Assembly (NCBI GenBank): GCA_964492745.1
Contig: CAZBLT010000007.1
Coordinates: forward strand, 20,660 to 84,659
Reading direction: 5' to 3'
From: an uncultured Anaerolineaceae bacterium
GTDB taxonomy: Bacteria; Chloroflexota; Anaerolineae; Anaerolineales; E44-bin32
Length of the DNA stretch: 64,000 nt
Under the pieces are notes generated by a model. It had not been told where the DNA came from, did not search any database, and worked only from the letters and a program-made list of their open reading frames with translations. This document shows positions 28,897-38,601 of this stretch, piece after piece. A program made the position numbers and the translations under genes. The first letter of the stretch is position 1. Each line of letters begins with the position of its first letter.

Positions 28897-28904
28897 GAAA
28901 GTAT

Positions 28905-29177
28905 CAAGAGCCCCAGGCCACCAATGGGCTGCAAGTCCCAAAGGGCCGCGGCAACCTCCGGCAAATCCCCCGGATTCCCCTCTACGAGGCGGGCCCGGAG
29001 GAAAGCGCCGACCGACTGGAGGAACGCCCTTTCGCTGCGGCACGACCGGCGGGACCCTTCCGGCAAAAGCGGCAGTGCCGGCCGCCCGGCGGATGGCAGG
29101 GGGCTCACCCCTTGTCGTTCGAACTCGGTTGATGGATTCCTGGGTGCGGCCCGCGCGCAGTCCACATGCCTGGGCCC
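28905..29177 (+). ncRNA. Candidate ~270-nt structured non-coding RNA (family unassigned)
   Basis: Nested end-to-end helices 28912-18/29168-74, 28925-32/29157-64 and 28943-49/29146-52, plus internal multi-branch stems. G-U pairs are consistent only with the + strand. Promoter upstream. Confidence 0.6.
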
Positions 29178-30445
29178 TACTCGGATGCCAAGGGGTCCCC
29201 GCCCGTCCCCGCTACCGCCGGCAAAGGCTCGCTCTCGGCCTGCTTGAGCCTGAGCCGGAACCAGGCCGGGAGGAGAGCCAGGCTGCCCAGGCCGAAGCTG
29301 AAGAAGAAGGGTATCTGCGGGCCGAGGGCCTCCCACATGCGGCTACCAATCCATGGCGAAGGCAGGGCAATGATGCCGACCAGCGTGGCGATAAGCGCGT
29401 AGGCTATGCCCCGCAGGTGCGAGGGCGTGCCGCGTGCCACCAACGCATTGTAGGCCGGGTCAAGGAACGCGCCCCCGATGCCCAACAAGATCCACGAGAG
29501 AGCGAAACCCCAGAAGCCTGCAGACAGGGCGAAGATGAGGGGCATGGAGAGCGTGAGGATCAGTCCGAAGGTAAAACCATGGCGCTCGCTGGTGCGGTCA
29601 GAGAACCAGCCGCCGATGGGGCTGGCCAGCACCCAGGCAATTCCATGCAGGCCATCCATCCAGCCGATACCTTGCTTGCTGATGCCGGCGATATCGCTCA
29701 GGTATACCGGCATCAGGTCAAAGGAAAGCCTCAGCGAGAATTCCTTGATCCCCTCCGCGACGAGGATCCAGGTCAACAAGCCGCCGGCGAAGGCGATGGG
29801 CATGATCTCGCGGAAAGACTTCGAGAGCGGGCTCCAGTTGGCTTTCCTGGGGGATGCGCCTGAGTCGGGCGCGGCCGATCGCCGGTGCATAAAGAAGAAG
29901 ATGATGGAGGCTATGAGATAGAGCAGAAAAGCAGTTAGGAACATCGATCGGGTGCCAAAATGCTCCGCTAGGTAGCCGCCTGCCGGTGGCGCGAGGATCC
30001 AGGCCACATTAAGAAATGTCCGGCCCATGCCATATACGCGGCCACGTGCGCTTTCAGGGATAGTGTCTGCGATGTAGCTCTGGTAGGAGGGGTAGATGAG
30101 CGCTGTGGCGACGGCGAGAAGCGCCGGGCCCAGCAGGGCGACTTCCCAGCGGTGCGCCAGCGCATAGGGGATGTAGGCCAGCACGCCGGCCAGACTTCCC
30201 AGCCAGATCGTCCGCAACCGGCCGGTGACGTCCGAGAACCAGCCTCCCCAGACCCGCAGAATAATGGGCAGGATCATCGAGATGGTGAAGAAAAGCCCGA
30301 CCTCCCCGACCGAGGCGCCGATCTCGCGCAGAAAAACGGGGATCTGCACGGTGGTCATCGCCCGGGTAGCTTCTGCGAATGTCAATCCGATGAGGAATAG
30401 AATCAGGTCCTTGGTAAGTAGTGATCTTAGCGTTGGCTTGTCCAT
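29177..30445 (-). CDS. MFS transporter
   Basis: About 12 TM helices; motif A GWFSDVTGR repeated as GWFSDRTSER; RGRVYG. Confidence 0.93.
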   Translation of the reverse strand: MDKPTLRSLLTKDLILFLIGLTFAEATRAMTTVQIPVFLREIGASVGEVGLFFTISMILPIILRVWGGWFSDVTGRLRTIWLGSLAGVLAYIPYALAHRWEVALLGPALLAVATALIYPSYQSYIADTIPESARGRVYGMGRTFLNVAWILAPPAGGYLAEHFGTRSMFLTAFLLYLIASIIFFFMHRRSAAPDSGASPRKANWSPLSKSFREIMPIAFAGGLLTWILVAEGIKEFSLRLSFDLMPVYLSDIAGISKQGIGWMDGLHGIAWVLASPIGGWFSDRTSERHGFTFGLILTLSMPLIFALSAGFWGFALSWILLGIGGAFLDPAYNALVARGTPSHLRGIAYALIATLVGIIALPSPWIGSRMWEALGPQIPFFFSFGLGSLALLPAWFRLRLKQAESEPLPAVAGTGGDPLASE

Positions 30446-30609
30446 GATGTCGTTTGGGTCAATCCCCCTTGAGGATGTGGTCGATGGGTGTCATAGGCGT
30501 GCAGTTCGTCTGGCAAGGGCCGCGATTTTGGCATGAAGGCCGGAAAAAAGCAATCGGGTCGGGATGGCGTCTGTCATCAGGATAGCCGATCTGTTTCCAT
30601 GAGCGCGGA

Positions 30610-31227
30610 TCAGGTCCGACCGCCGAGCAGAGCGTCGAGGCGCCGATAGGCTTCCTCAGGTTCCCGGAAGTGAAGCGTCTGTATTCCCAATCGGTGGGCG
30701 GCCTCGATGTTGCGAGCCATATCGTCGATGAACAGCGCTCGTTCAGGCGGCGAGCCCAGCTGAGAAAGCGTCATCTGAAAGATCCGGGGATCGGGTTTGG
30801 CCAGGCCAAGCTCTGCCGATAACACAATGAGATCAAAGGCGTCCGCGATGCCCCAATGATTTTCGAGCGCCGTGCGGGTTGACGGCCAGGCATTCGATAG
30901 CAGGGCGGTCTGGTATCCCTGCCTCAGGGTGCGCAGGCGGGCAATCAATTGATCGTCGATCCGGTCGCCGGCCCAGAAATCGTTCTTAAGCGCTTCCAGG
31001 TCCTCGGCGGAAAGGCTCAAGCCATCGGCCACGCTGCGCCATACGGCCTCCGCGGTGGCTTTGCCCAGCGTTGCCTGTAGGCTGGCCTCGCTCCCGAAGA
31101 CGAGGTCGTGAAGCGCACCCTTCGGGAGGCCCAGGCGCCGCTCCCAATGCTCGCGAGGCTTTGGGTCTTCCGTCCGCAGGATGACTCCCCCAAGGTCGAT
31201 GATCACAGCTTGAATGCTGGTTGGCAT
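30610..31227 (-). CDS. HAD-family phosphatase (YihX-like)
   Basis: IDLGGV, LLSN, KPDPRIF, FIDD...NIEAA. Confidence 0.92.
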   Translation of the reverse strand: MPTSIQAVIIDLGGVILRTEDPKPREHWERRLGLPKGALHDLVFGSEASLQATLGKATAEAVWRSVADGLSLSAEDLEALKNDFWAGDRIDDQLIARLRTLRQGYQTALLSNAWPSTRTALENHWGIADAFDLIVLSAELGLAKPDPRIFQMTLSQLGSPPERALFIDDMARNIEAAHRLGIQTLHFREPEEAYRRLDALLGGRT

Positions 31228-31296
31228 TGCACCACTCCTCTCAACAGTGTCGCCTAAATCCCCGGTGCGACCAGACCCAAGCAGCGCGGCTTGCCC

Positions 31297-33159
31297 CTAT
31301 CCTGCCAAAAGGAGCAACTCGGCCCGTTCCAGCGCTTGAGGGCTTCCTATGAGCCCGAGGCGGTCGCCAAGCTTGAGGACGTGGTCGGTATGGGGGACGA
31401 CCGTCTCGCCGTCCCGGTGGAGGCTGAGTATGAGTGCATCACCCGGCAAGCGGATCGTGCGCAAGGCTCGCCCCGCCAGGGCAGGGTTTGCGAGGCGGAC
31501 TTCCACGACACTGATCTCATCCCCGGCTTCGTGGGCTAGCACATCGAATATGGTGGGATACCGGAGCGCACCTTCCAAAGCCATGGCCGTGGCGAGGGCT
31601 GGCTGTACGACCTTCACGCCCAGCCCACGCAATTCGGGTATCATGTCGACATCGCTGATGCGCGAGACCACAGTGGGGATGGTGAATTGCCGGCGGGCGA
31701 TCTCGCAGACCCTGAGCGTGTCCTCCGGCGAGGTTGTCAGGTCTACCAGCACGCGCGCATCCCCTGCTCCGGCATTCTCAAGCGCCTGCTCCAGAGACTT
31801 ACAATCGCCGACAACGCGCACGCCAAGCCTGCGGAAGGCGTCCACCCGGCTTTGATCGGGGCAAAGCACGGTGATAGGATCACCGCCGCCCAGCAAGCGA
31901 TCGGCGAGAAATTCGACCAATTGGTCCTGGCCGACGAGAATGATGCCGCGGCGCTCCTCTCGTGGCCGTTCCGGGTAAAGACGGTTGAATGTCACGGGCG
32001 CGAGGATGCAAGAAATGACCGCCAGCAGGATGATGGCGGTGTTGATGGAGTCTGATATCAGCCCCAGCCCAAGGGAGATCGATGAAGCGGCGATGATGAG
32101 CGATAAGCGGGACGAGAGCAAGATGCCACCCGCGAGCGTTTCACGCCAAGTGAAGCTGAGTCGCAAGAGCAGAGCGGGGATGATCTTGACGATGAAGGCC
32201 GCCATGATCAGCAACGGCAGCAAAAGGATGGCCTGCGGCGATGCAAACAACGCCCGAAGATTGAGCTCCGCCCCCACCATGATAAAGAAAATGGGGATGA
32301 AAAAACCATAGCCGATGGCATCCAATTTCTCCTCGGCGCGCTCGTCCTCCGTCTCGGGGAGCAAACCGGCAATGGCACCTGCCAGGAAAGCACCCAGGAT
32401 GAGCTCCACCCCCAGCGCCTCCGCCAGCACCACCCAGCCGACCATCAATGCGAAGGCGCCGCGCACGCGGATCTGCGCCGTGGCGCTGCTCAGCTCTTGA
32501 AGAACCCGCTGTAGGCCCCCTGCCCTCGAAAGCCTGCGCGTAAAACGAGCCGTGGCCAGGAAAGCCAAGAGCAACACCGGGATGAGCAGCAGGTCCAAGG
32601 TCAAGCCCTGGCTCTGAATGGCGATCACGATCGTCAACAATAGCAGGGTGGCGAAATCGGCAACCGAGGCGGATGCCAGAATGGTCTGCCCGAATCTCGT
32701 GGGCAAGAGATCGCGCTGCTTCAGGATTGGCACGACCACGCCCAGCGAAGTGGTGCTCAGGATCAAGCCCATCAGCAGCGAGCTTTCCACCATGCCGATC
32801 CGGGCCAGGAGGGAGGACAAGGCCAGCCCTAATAGAAGGGTGCCGGCGAAGATGAGCAGCGCCTGCGCCAGTGGATTGCGCAGGCTGACCTTTTCGCCTT
32901 GCCGGGTGGGGATCAGCAAGCGGAAGTCTATCTCCAGGCCAGACAGGAACATCAAGTAGGCGAAGCCGAACTCCGCCAGGAACGAGAGGATGGGAGAGGG
33001 TTCGACCAGGTTGAGTCCACTACGGCCGATGAGGATGCCGGCAAAGATTTCGCCGACGACGATAGGTATCTGGAGGCGCCTGAAGCGGTTGGCCAAGATG
33101 GGCACGATCAGCGCCAGGGCTGAGATGAGCAGCAGAGCGGTGAAGGGGTTGTGCTCCAT
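31297..33159 (-). CDS. CPA2 monovalent cation:proton antiporter with TrkA-N/TrkA-C (RCK) domains
   Basis: PIVVGEI, MFLSGLEID, STTSLGVVVP, GAFLAG, FFIPIFFI; C-terminal RCK domains. Confidence 0.92.
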   Translation of the reverse strand: MEHNPFTALLLISALALIVPILANRFRRLQIPIVVGEIFAGILIGRSGLNLVEPSPILSFLAEFGFAYLMFLSGLEIDFRLLIPTRQGEKVSLRNPLAQALLIFAGTLLLGLALSSLLARIGMVESSLLMGLILSTTSLGVVVPILKQRDLLPTRFGQTILASASVADFATLLLLTIVIAIQSQGLTLDLLLIPVLLLAFLATARFTRRLSRAGGLQRVLQELSSATAQIRVRGAFALMVGWVVLAEALGVELILGAFLAGAIAGLLPETEDERAEEKLDAIGYGFFIPIFFIMVGAELNLRALFASPQAILLLPLLIMAAFIVKIIPALLLRLSFTWRETLAGGILLSSRLSLIIAASSISLGLGLISDSINTAIILLAVISCILAPVTFNRLYPERPREERRGIILVGQDQLVEFLADRLLGGGDPITVLCPDQSRVDAFRRLGVRVVGDCKSLEQALENAGAGDARVLVDLTTSPEDTLRVCEIARRQFTIPTVVSRISDVDMIPELRGLGVKVVQPALATAMALEGALRYPTIFDVLAHEAGDEISVVEVRLANPALAGRALRTIRLPGDALILSLHRDGETVVPHTDHVLKLGDRLGLIGSPQALERAELLLLAG

Positions 33160-33248
33160 GCTGTCGCTTCTTTCCTAGCGTATGCAGCCTTCACTCCGAA
33201 TGCTCTTGAAGCGGTCGGGCTATCGTGTGGCCCTGCTTGCAGTAGCTT

Positions 33249-34292
33249 TCAGGCAGTGAAGCGCTCCGGGCGTGCGGCGCGCAAGAAGTCAGCCAGCAGG
33301 CCGTATGCGGTCGTCTCCGGCCCCGGGTCGGTCTCGAGCAGGGTGAGATCACCGAGCACATCACTCTGAAAGGTGATGGCGGAGGAAGTCCCGCTTACAT
33401 GGTATAGCGGATCATTCGCGTAGACCAAGGCCGGCCGGACGGAGGCCCGGACCCCTCCCGAAGTTCGCTCGGCCTGGCACAGCAGTTTCCACCTCGCGCC
33501 CTGCCGATGCGCTTCGGTGAGGTCTTCCCGGGTAAGCTCTGTGATGCCTTGCCGCTGGATCCGGGATGGATCCAGGGGTTGATCCATGAGGACCGTAGTC
33601 AGGGCGGCGACTTTCACAGCTGCGTCCCAACCTTCGAGATCGCCGGAAGGATCTGTCTCGGCGATGCCCACGATTTGGGCCTGGTCGAGCGCCTCTTCGA
33701 AGGTGAGGCCGTCCTCCATCAATGTGAGGATCAGGTTGGTGGTGGAGTTCAGGATACCCCGGAAGGCGCTCAATTGAGCGGCCGGCAGAGCCTCACGCCA
33801 AAGAGAAAAGACGGGCGCGCCGTCCATCACTGTTGCTTCAAAGAGGAATCGCAGCCCCTGACGGGCGGCAAGCTCGCGCAGCCGGCGATAGGCATGGACG
33901 ACAGGGCCTTTGTTGGCGGTGATGGCATGCATACCGGTCTCGAGGGTGGCCTGAAGGTGCGTGACGGCCGGCTGGCCAGTGGCGTAGTCGACGGGAGTGT
34001 TCTCGAAGAGCGCCCGCCCCCCACAAGACCGGATGAAGGCAAGATTATCCGGCGGCTGGGATTGGCGCGAAAGCTCAGCAAGGCTGCTCCCATGTTCTGC
34101 GAGATCGCAGGCTTTCTCCAGGTCGATCCCGCCTGGGTCGATGGCCGCGCCATGCCGTCCGGTCATGATGCCAACCACGCGCACATCCAGGCCATAGCGT
34201 TGATGGAGTTCAGCGCGCTTCTTTAGCAGCAGCCTGGCAAAGGCGCGGCCCACATTTCCAAAGCCAAGCAGTGCGACTGGGTAGGGTTCCAC
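33249..34292 (-). CDS. hom: Homoserine dehydrogenase (no ACT domain)
   Basis: GFGNVG, ITANKGP, FEATVMDGAP, GILNSTTNLIL, AETDPSGDLEGWDAAVK. Confidence 0.9.
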   Translation of the reverse strand: MEPYPVALLGFGNVGRAFARLLLKKRAELHQRYGLDVRVVGIMTGRHGAAIDPGGIDLEKACDLAEHGSSLAELSRQSQPPDNLAFIRSCGGRALFENTPVDYATGQPAVTHLQATLETGMHAITANKGPVVHAYRRLRELAARQGLRFLFEATVMDGAPVFSLWREALPAAQLSAFRGILNSTTNLILTLMEDGLTFEEALDQAQIVGIAETDPSGDLEGWDAAVKVAALTTVLMDQPLDPSRIQRQGITELTREDLTEAHRQGARWKLLCQAERTSGGVRASVRPALVYANDPLYHVSGTSSAITFQSDVLGDLTLLETDPGPETTAYGLLADFLRAARPERFTA

Positions 34293-34361
34293 AGGGAACT
34301 CTCCGGCAGGACTTCGTGGATTATATCCTTATGGCAGCCAATCCGTGTTTGCCCCTTGCAC

Positions 34362-37280
34362 CTATGCAGGCGGGAGCGCCTGGGCAAGCACCTCCAGGGG
34401 GTGGAGGGCTTGCCGGCCGGTGACATGGGCGATCTGCTCCCGGCATGAGGTGCCAGAGGCGCAGATGACAGCCTCCTCAGGAGCGGCGCGAATAGCGGGC
34501 GCGAGCGAGAGCTCGGCGATTTGGAGCGAAAGCTCGTAATGCTCGCTCTCGTACCCAAATGATCCCGCCATGCCACAGCAGCCGGCTTCTATGCTCTCGA
34601 CCTCACAGGCTGGGATTAGTCCCAGCAGGGCAAGGGTAGCCTCCGTCCCGAAGGTGGCCTTCTGCTGGCAATGCCCGTGATAGAGGAGCTTCATCGGCCG
34701 GGCTTGAAAGGGAAGCGTGATCTCGCCCGATTGAATCTGCTGCCAGAGGAAGCTTTCCAAGGGCAGGACCTGCGCTGCAACCTGCTCGGCTGGGTCGCCG
34801 GGGAAGAACTCTCGGTACTCATCTACCAGCATCGTCAGGCAGCTTGGCTCGCAGCCGACGATGGGAATCCGCTCGCGGGCATAGGGTGCCAGCAGCCGCA
34901 GGTTGTGGGCGGCAAGCTCCCGGGCCTGGTCCAGCAGGCCCTTCGAGACGGCCGGGCGACCACAGCAGGCCTTCTCCCGCAGAAGAATGGGCTCGACCCC
35001 TGCCGCCTCGAGCAACCGGATCGCAGCCTTGCCGACCTCGGGGTGGTTATGCTCTGTGAAGGTGTCGTGGAAGAAGACCACTTGCCGGGCTGCCGAACGG
35101 GACCGGGTGGGACGCGCCTGCCTGTGGCGCTGGAACCAAAGGCTGAAGGGCTCAGGTGCGAGGGTAGGGAGTTGCCGATCGGGGTGCACGCCCAGGGCAG
35201 TTAGCATTGGGCGGCCGGGCCCTCGCAGGAGAGCATTCGCCAGCGGGGCGATCGGTTGCCCCAGGCGGTTCAAGCGGGAGATGTTGGCGAAGAGCCGCGA
35301 GCGCAAAGGCACGCCATGTTCCTGCTGGTAGTGATGCAGGAATTCGGCCTTCAACTTGGCCATGTCGACGGCGGAGGGGCATTCACTCTTGCAGGCCTGG
35401 CAGGCGAGGCAGAGATCGAGGACTTGCTTGAGATCCTCGGAGGTCATCCCATCTGGCCCCAGCAATCCCATCATCGCAGCGCGCAGGGCGTTGGCCCGGC
35501 CGCGAGTGCTGTGCGCTTCTTCCCGGGTCGCCCGGAAGGAGGGGCACATGACACCTTCGTCCAGCTTGCGGCAGACACCCGCCCCATTGCACATCTCAAC
35601 TGCGGCCGCAAACCCGCCTTCGCGGCTGAAGTGGAGCATCGTTTGGGAGAAGGTATGGGGCGTTTGGTAGTCGCTTCCGAAGCGCAGCAGGCGCTCGTCG
35701 TCCATCTTGGGCGTGTCCACCACCTTGCCCGGGTTGAGGAGTCCGTCGGGATCGAAGAGCCGCTTCACCTTGCGAAATGCCTGGGTGAGCTCGGGTCCGA
35801 AAAGGCGTTCGGAGAATTCCCCTCGCGCCAGCCCCTCGCCGTGTTCGCCGCTGGTCGTGCCGCCGTAGCGAAGCACTAGATCCAGTGAGTGCTCGGCAAG
35901 CAGCCGCATTTGCCGGATGCCCTCGAAGCGCTTGAGATTGATGACGGGTCGTATATGGATGCAGCCGGCGCTGGCATGGGCATACATGGCCACGCGCTCA
36001 ACTCCGATCTCTTGCGCGTACCTGAGCATCTCCATCACGTAGGCAGCCAGATGCTCCACTGGGACGGCGGCATCTTCGATAAAGGGAATTGGCTTGGCAT
36101 CGCCGGGGATGCTCATCAGGATGCCCAAGCCAACTTTGCGGGCGTGCCATACACGCGCCTGATCCTCGGCGCGGCGCAGCACGAGGACATCTTCGTGGTG
36201 CCGCAACCCTTGGAGCTTTGATTGGAGTTGCTCGACACCCATCTCGGCCTCGGCCGCAGTTTCCCCAATATACTCGACGAGCAGAACCGCCTCCGGGCTG
36301 CCTTGCACGAACGAGAGCAGCGGGCGGTATTCAGGCTTCTCGCGGGTGAGATCCAGCAACATCCGGTCGAGTACTTCCACGGCCGCGGGCCGGGTCTCCA
36401 AGAGCTCAGGCACTGCCTCCATCGCCGCCCGCAACTCGCCGTAATGGACCAACGCAAGAAATGCTTCCTTGGGCCGCGGCACCAGGTTGAGACGCATGGC
36501 GGTGACGATTGCCAGAGTGCCCTCCGAGCCTGCGAGGAGCCTGGACAGGTTGGGAGACACATCTCCAGCCAAGAGATTCAGGTTGTAACCGGCCACGTGC
36601 CGGAAGGTGCGTGGATAGCGTTCGGAGATCGGGATGGCATACTCCTCAAGCAGGCCAGGCAGACACTCGTAGATCCGTGCTTCCAGGCTTTGAGGACCAG
36701 CCCGGTCAGACCAGCGCCCGGCTTCGAGGGACGCGAAGCGCGTCCGGCTTCCATCAGCCAGGATCACTTCGGTTTCGAGCACATGGTCGGCCGTCATGCC
36801 ATACAGGATGGAATGAGCTCCCGTCGAGTTGTTGCCTAGGACACCGCCCATAGTGGCGCGGTCGGCGCTGGCGGGGTCGGGGCCATACATCAAGCCGTGG
36901 GGAGCGAGCCGGCGGTTCAGGTGCCCCAGCACCATGCCGGGCTGGACCTCGACCTGGCGGGCCTCCAGGTCGAGGTCCAGGAGCGCATCCATATAGCGCG
37001 AAAAGTCAAGCACGAGGGCGTGCCCCACGGCTTGTCCGGCCAAGCTGCTTCCCGCACCGCGGGGCAGGATCGGAACCCTGTGGCGGCGGCAGACCTCGAC
37101 CGCCGCAATGACCTCGTCCGCATCCCGGGGACAGGCCACCCCGAAGGGGACCATCTGGTAGATGCTGGCATCGGTGCTGTAGAGCAGGCGTGTCAGGTGG
37201 TCGAATCGCACGTCCGCGAGCGCCTCGGACAGCTCGGCGCGAAACTCGGGGTTCGTCTCGGGGAAGGGGCGAGGGATCAT
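34362..37280 (-). CDS. FAD-linked, Fe-S 2-hydroxyacid oxidase/dehydrogenase (YdiJ-like GlcD-GlcF fusion)
   Basis: YSTDASIY, RGAGSSLAGQ, SGEHGEG, LNPGK, CNGAGVC...MCPS, CLACQACKSECP, CCG motifs. Confidence 0.93.
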   Translation of the reverse strand: MIPRPFPETNPEFRAELSEALADVRFDHLTRLLYSTDASIYQMVPFGVACPRDADEVIAAVEVCRRHRVPILPRGAGSSLAGQAVGHALVLDFSRYMDALLDLDLEARQVEVQPGMVLGHLNRRLAPHGLMYGPDPASADRATMGGVLGNNSTGAHSILYGMTADHVLETEVILADGSRTRFASLEAGRWSDRAGPQSLEARIYECLPGLLEEYAIPISERYPRTFRHVAGYNLNLLAGDVSPNLSRLLAGSEGTLAIVTAMRLNLVPRPKEAFLALVHYGELRAAMEAVPELLETRPAAVEVLDRMLLDLTREKPEYRPLLSFVQGSPEAVLLVEYIGETAAEAEMGVEQLQSKLQGLRHHEDVLVLRRAEDQARVWHARKVGLGILMSIPGDAKPIPFIEDAAVPVEHLAAYVMEMLRYAQEIGVERVAMYAHASAGCIHIRPVINLKRFEGIRQMRLLAEHSLDLVLRYGGTTSGEHGEGLARGEFSERLFGPELTQAFRKVKRLFDPDGLLNPGKVVDTPKMDDERLLRFGSDYQTPHTFSQTMLHFSREGGFAAAVEMCNGAGVCRKLDEGVMCPSFRATREEAHSTRGRANALRAAMMGLLGPDGMTSEDLKQVLDLCLACQACKSECPSAVDMAKLKAEFLHHYQQEHGVPLRSRLFANISRLNRLGQPIAPLANALLRGPGRPMLTALGVHPDRQLPTLAPEPFSLWFQRHRQARPTRSRSAARQVVFFHDTFTEHNHPEVGKAAIRLLEAAGVEPILLREKACCGRPAVSKGLLDQARELAAHNLRLLAPYARERIPIVGCEPSCLTMLVDEYREFFPGDPAEQVAAQVLPLESFLWQQIQSGEITLPFQARPMKLLYHGHCQQKATFGTEATLALLGLIPACEVESIEAGCCGMAGSFGYESEHYELSLQIAELSLAPAIRAAPEEAVICASGTSCREQIAHVTGRQALHPLEVLAQALPPA

Positions 37281-37317
37281 GGAGGGGCCCTGTTCGCGGT
37301 CCTGGTCCCGCCGCGGG

Positions 37318-38433
37318 TCAATGAAGTATCCGCGCTAAAGCCCCAAGCAGCATGACCACATTCTCCGCCCGGCTTGAGTGCCCCATCAGACCAATGCGCC
37401 AAACGCGGCCCCTCAATGTACCGAGCCCTCCGGCAATCTCCAGATTGAACTCATCAAGTAGCCGCTGGCGCACGCGGGCCTCGTCCAGGCCCTCCGGGAT
37501 CGAGACCGTCGTGAGCGTGGGCAGGCGGTGGTCCAGGGGGATGAAGGCCGGCAGATCGAGCTCGGCCAGACCTTCCCAGAGAAGTTCAGCGTTGCGGCGG
37601 TGGCGCTCGAACCTGGCCTGCAAGCCCTCCTCCGTGATCAGGCGCAGCGCCTCACGCAGGGCGAAATTCATGCTGATGGGAGCGGTGTGATGGTAGGTCC
37701 GCTCCGGCCCCCAGTATTTCAAGACCATCGTGAGATCGAGATACCAGTTGGGGACCTTGCTCTTGCGCGATTGGAGAACCTCGACTGCTCGGGGCGAAAG
37801 CGCGAGAGGGGCGAGGCCGGGCGGGGCGCTGAGGCATTTCTGGGTACCGCTATAGGCAATGTCGATGCCGACCTCCTGCATGCGCACCGGCAGGCCGCCG
37901 AGCGAAGTAACGGCGTCGACGAGCAAGAGGGCGCCATGTCGGTGAACGGTTTCGGCGATTTCCTCCAGCGGCTGCAATGCACCGGTGGAGGTTTCGGCGT
38001 GCACGATGGCCACGAGCTTCTTCGGACGCGCCTTCAGCACCTCTTCGATCTGCGATGCTGTGAAGATCTCACCCCATGCCACCTTGATCCGCTCGACATC
38101 GGCGCGATAGCGCCGGGCCATGTCGATCATGCGGTCGCCGAAGTAGCCATTTACGCAGATCAAGATTGGATCGCCCTCCTCGATGAAGTTGCATAGGGCG
38201 GCCTCCATGCCGGCGCTTCCGGTTCCCGAGATAGGGATGGTGAGGGCGTCAGGGGCCTCGAAGACCATCCGCAAGAGTTCCTGCACTTCGTTCATCAGAT
38301 GGATGAATTGGGGGTCGAGATGCCCGACGAGGGGGGTGGCCATGGCCCTCAACACGCGTGGATGGACCATGCTGGGCCCAGGCCCCAAGAGGATCCGGGG
38401 GGAGGTGTTGAGATCCGAGTATGGAGATGCCAT
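37318..38433 (-). CDS. Alanine/serine-glyoxylate aminotransferase family (class V PLP enzyme)
   Basis: LLGPGPS, SGTGSAGME, VHAETSTG, VDAVTS, SGTQKCLSAPPG, YHHTAP, WRIGLMG. Start at ATG 38433. Confidence 0.93.
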   Translation of the reverse strand: MASPYSDLNTSPRILLGPGPSMVHPRVLRAMATPLVGHLDPQFIHLMNEVQELLRMVFEAPDALTIPISGTGSAGMEAALCNFIEEGDPILICVNGYFGDRMIDMARRYRADVERIKVAWGEIFTASQIEEVLKARPKKLVAIVHAETSTGALQPLEEIAETVHRHGALLLVDAVTSLGGLPVRMQEVGIDIAYSGTQKCLSAPPGLAPLALSPRAVEVLQSRKSKVPNWYLDLTMVLKYWGPERTYHHTAPISMNFALREALRLITEEGLQARFERHRRNAELLWEGLAELDLPAFIPLDHRLPTLTTVSIPEGLDEARVRQRLLDEFNLEIAGGLGTLRGRVWRIGLMGHSSRAENVVMLLGALARILH

Positions 38434-38601
38434 CACGCTTGCCTCCTGGATGGAAAATCTCGCGCGGGCTTGGCAGTGGCTGCTCCCTGCCCAGCCCCCG
38501 TATACGGCTGGTGCCGGAGTCACGGTTGCGGGAAGAAGCGATCGCAGTTCAAGCCGGCGCGTTTCTATCTTAGCGCGAGTCTTTCGGCGGAGCGAGGCGC
38601 T

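Noticed and set aside
28990-29010. CGGGCCCGGAGGAAAGCGCC resembling RNase P (GAGGAAAGUCC) or the SRP helix-8 motif
   Set aside because: Lacks GUCC and the 3' RNase P conserved region, and lacks the CC-GNRA-GG/AGCAG SRP core. Not assignable by eye.
28895-29863. 322-aa + strand ORF and 148-aa - strand ORF crossing the 28.9-29.2 kb gap
   Set aside because: Pro/Gly/Arg-rich with no motif or SD; both overlap the MFS gene (antisense or out of frame). Typical high-GC shadow ORFs.
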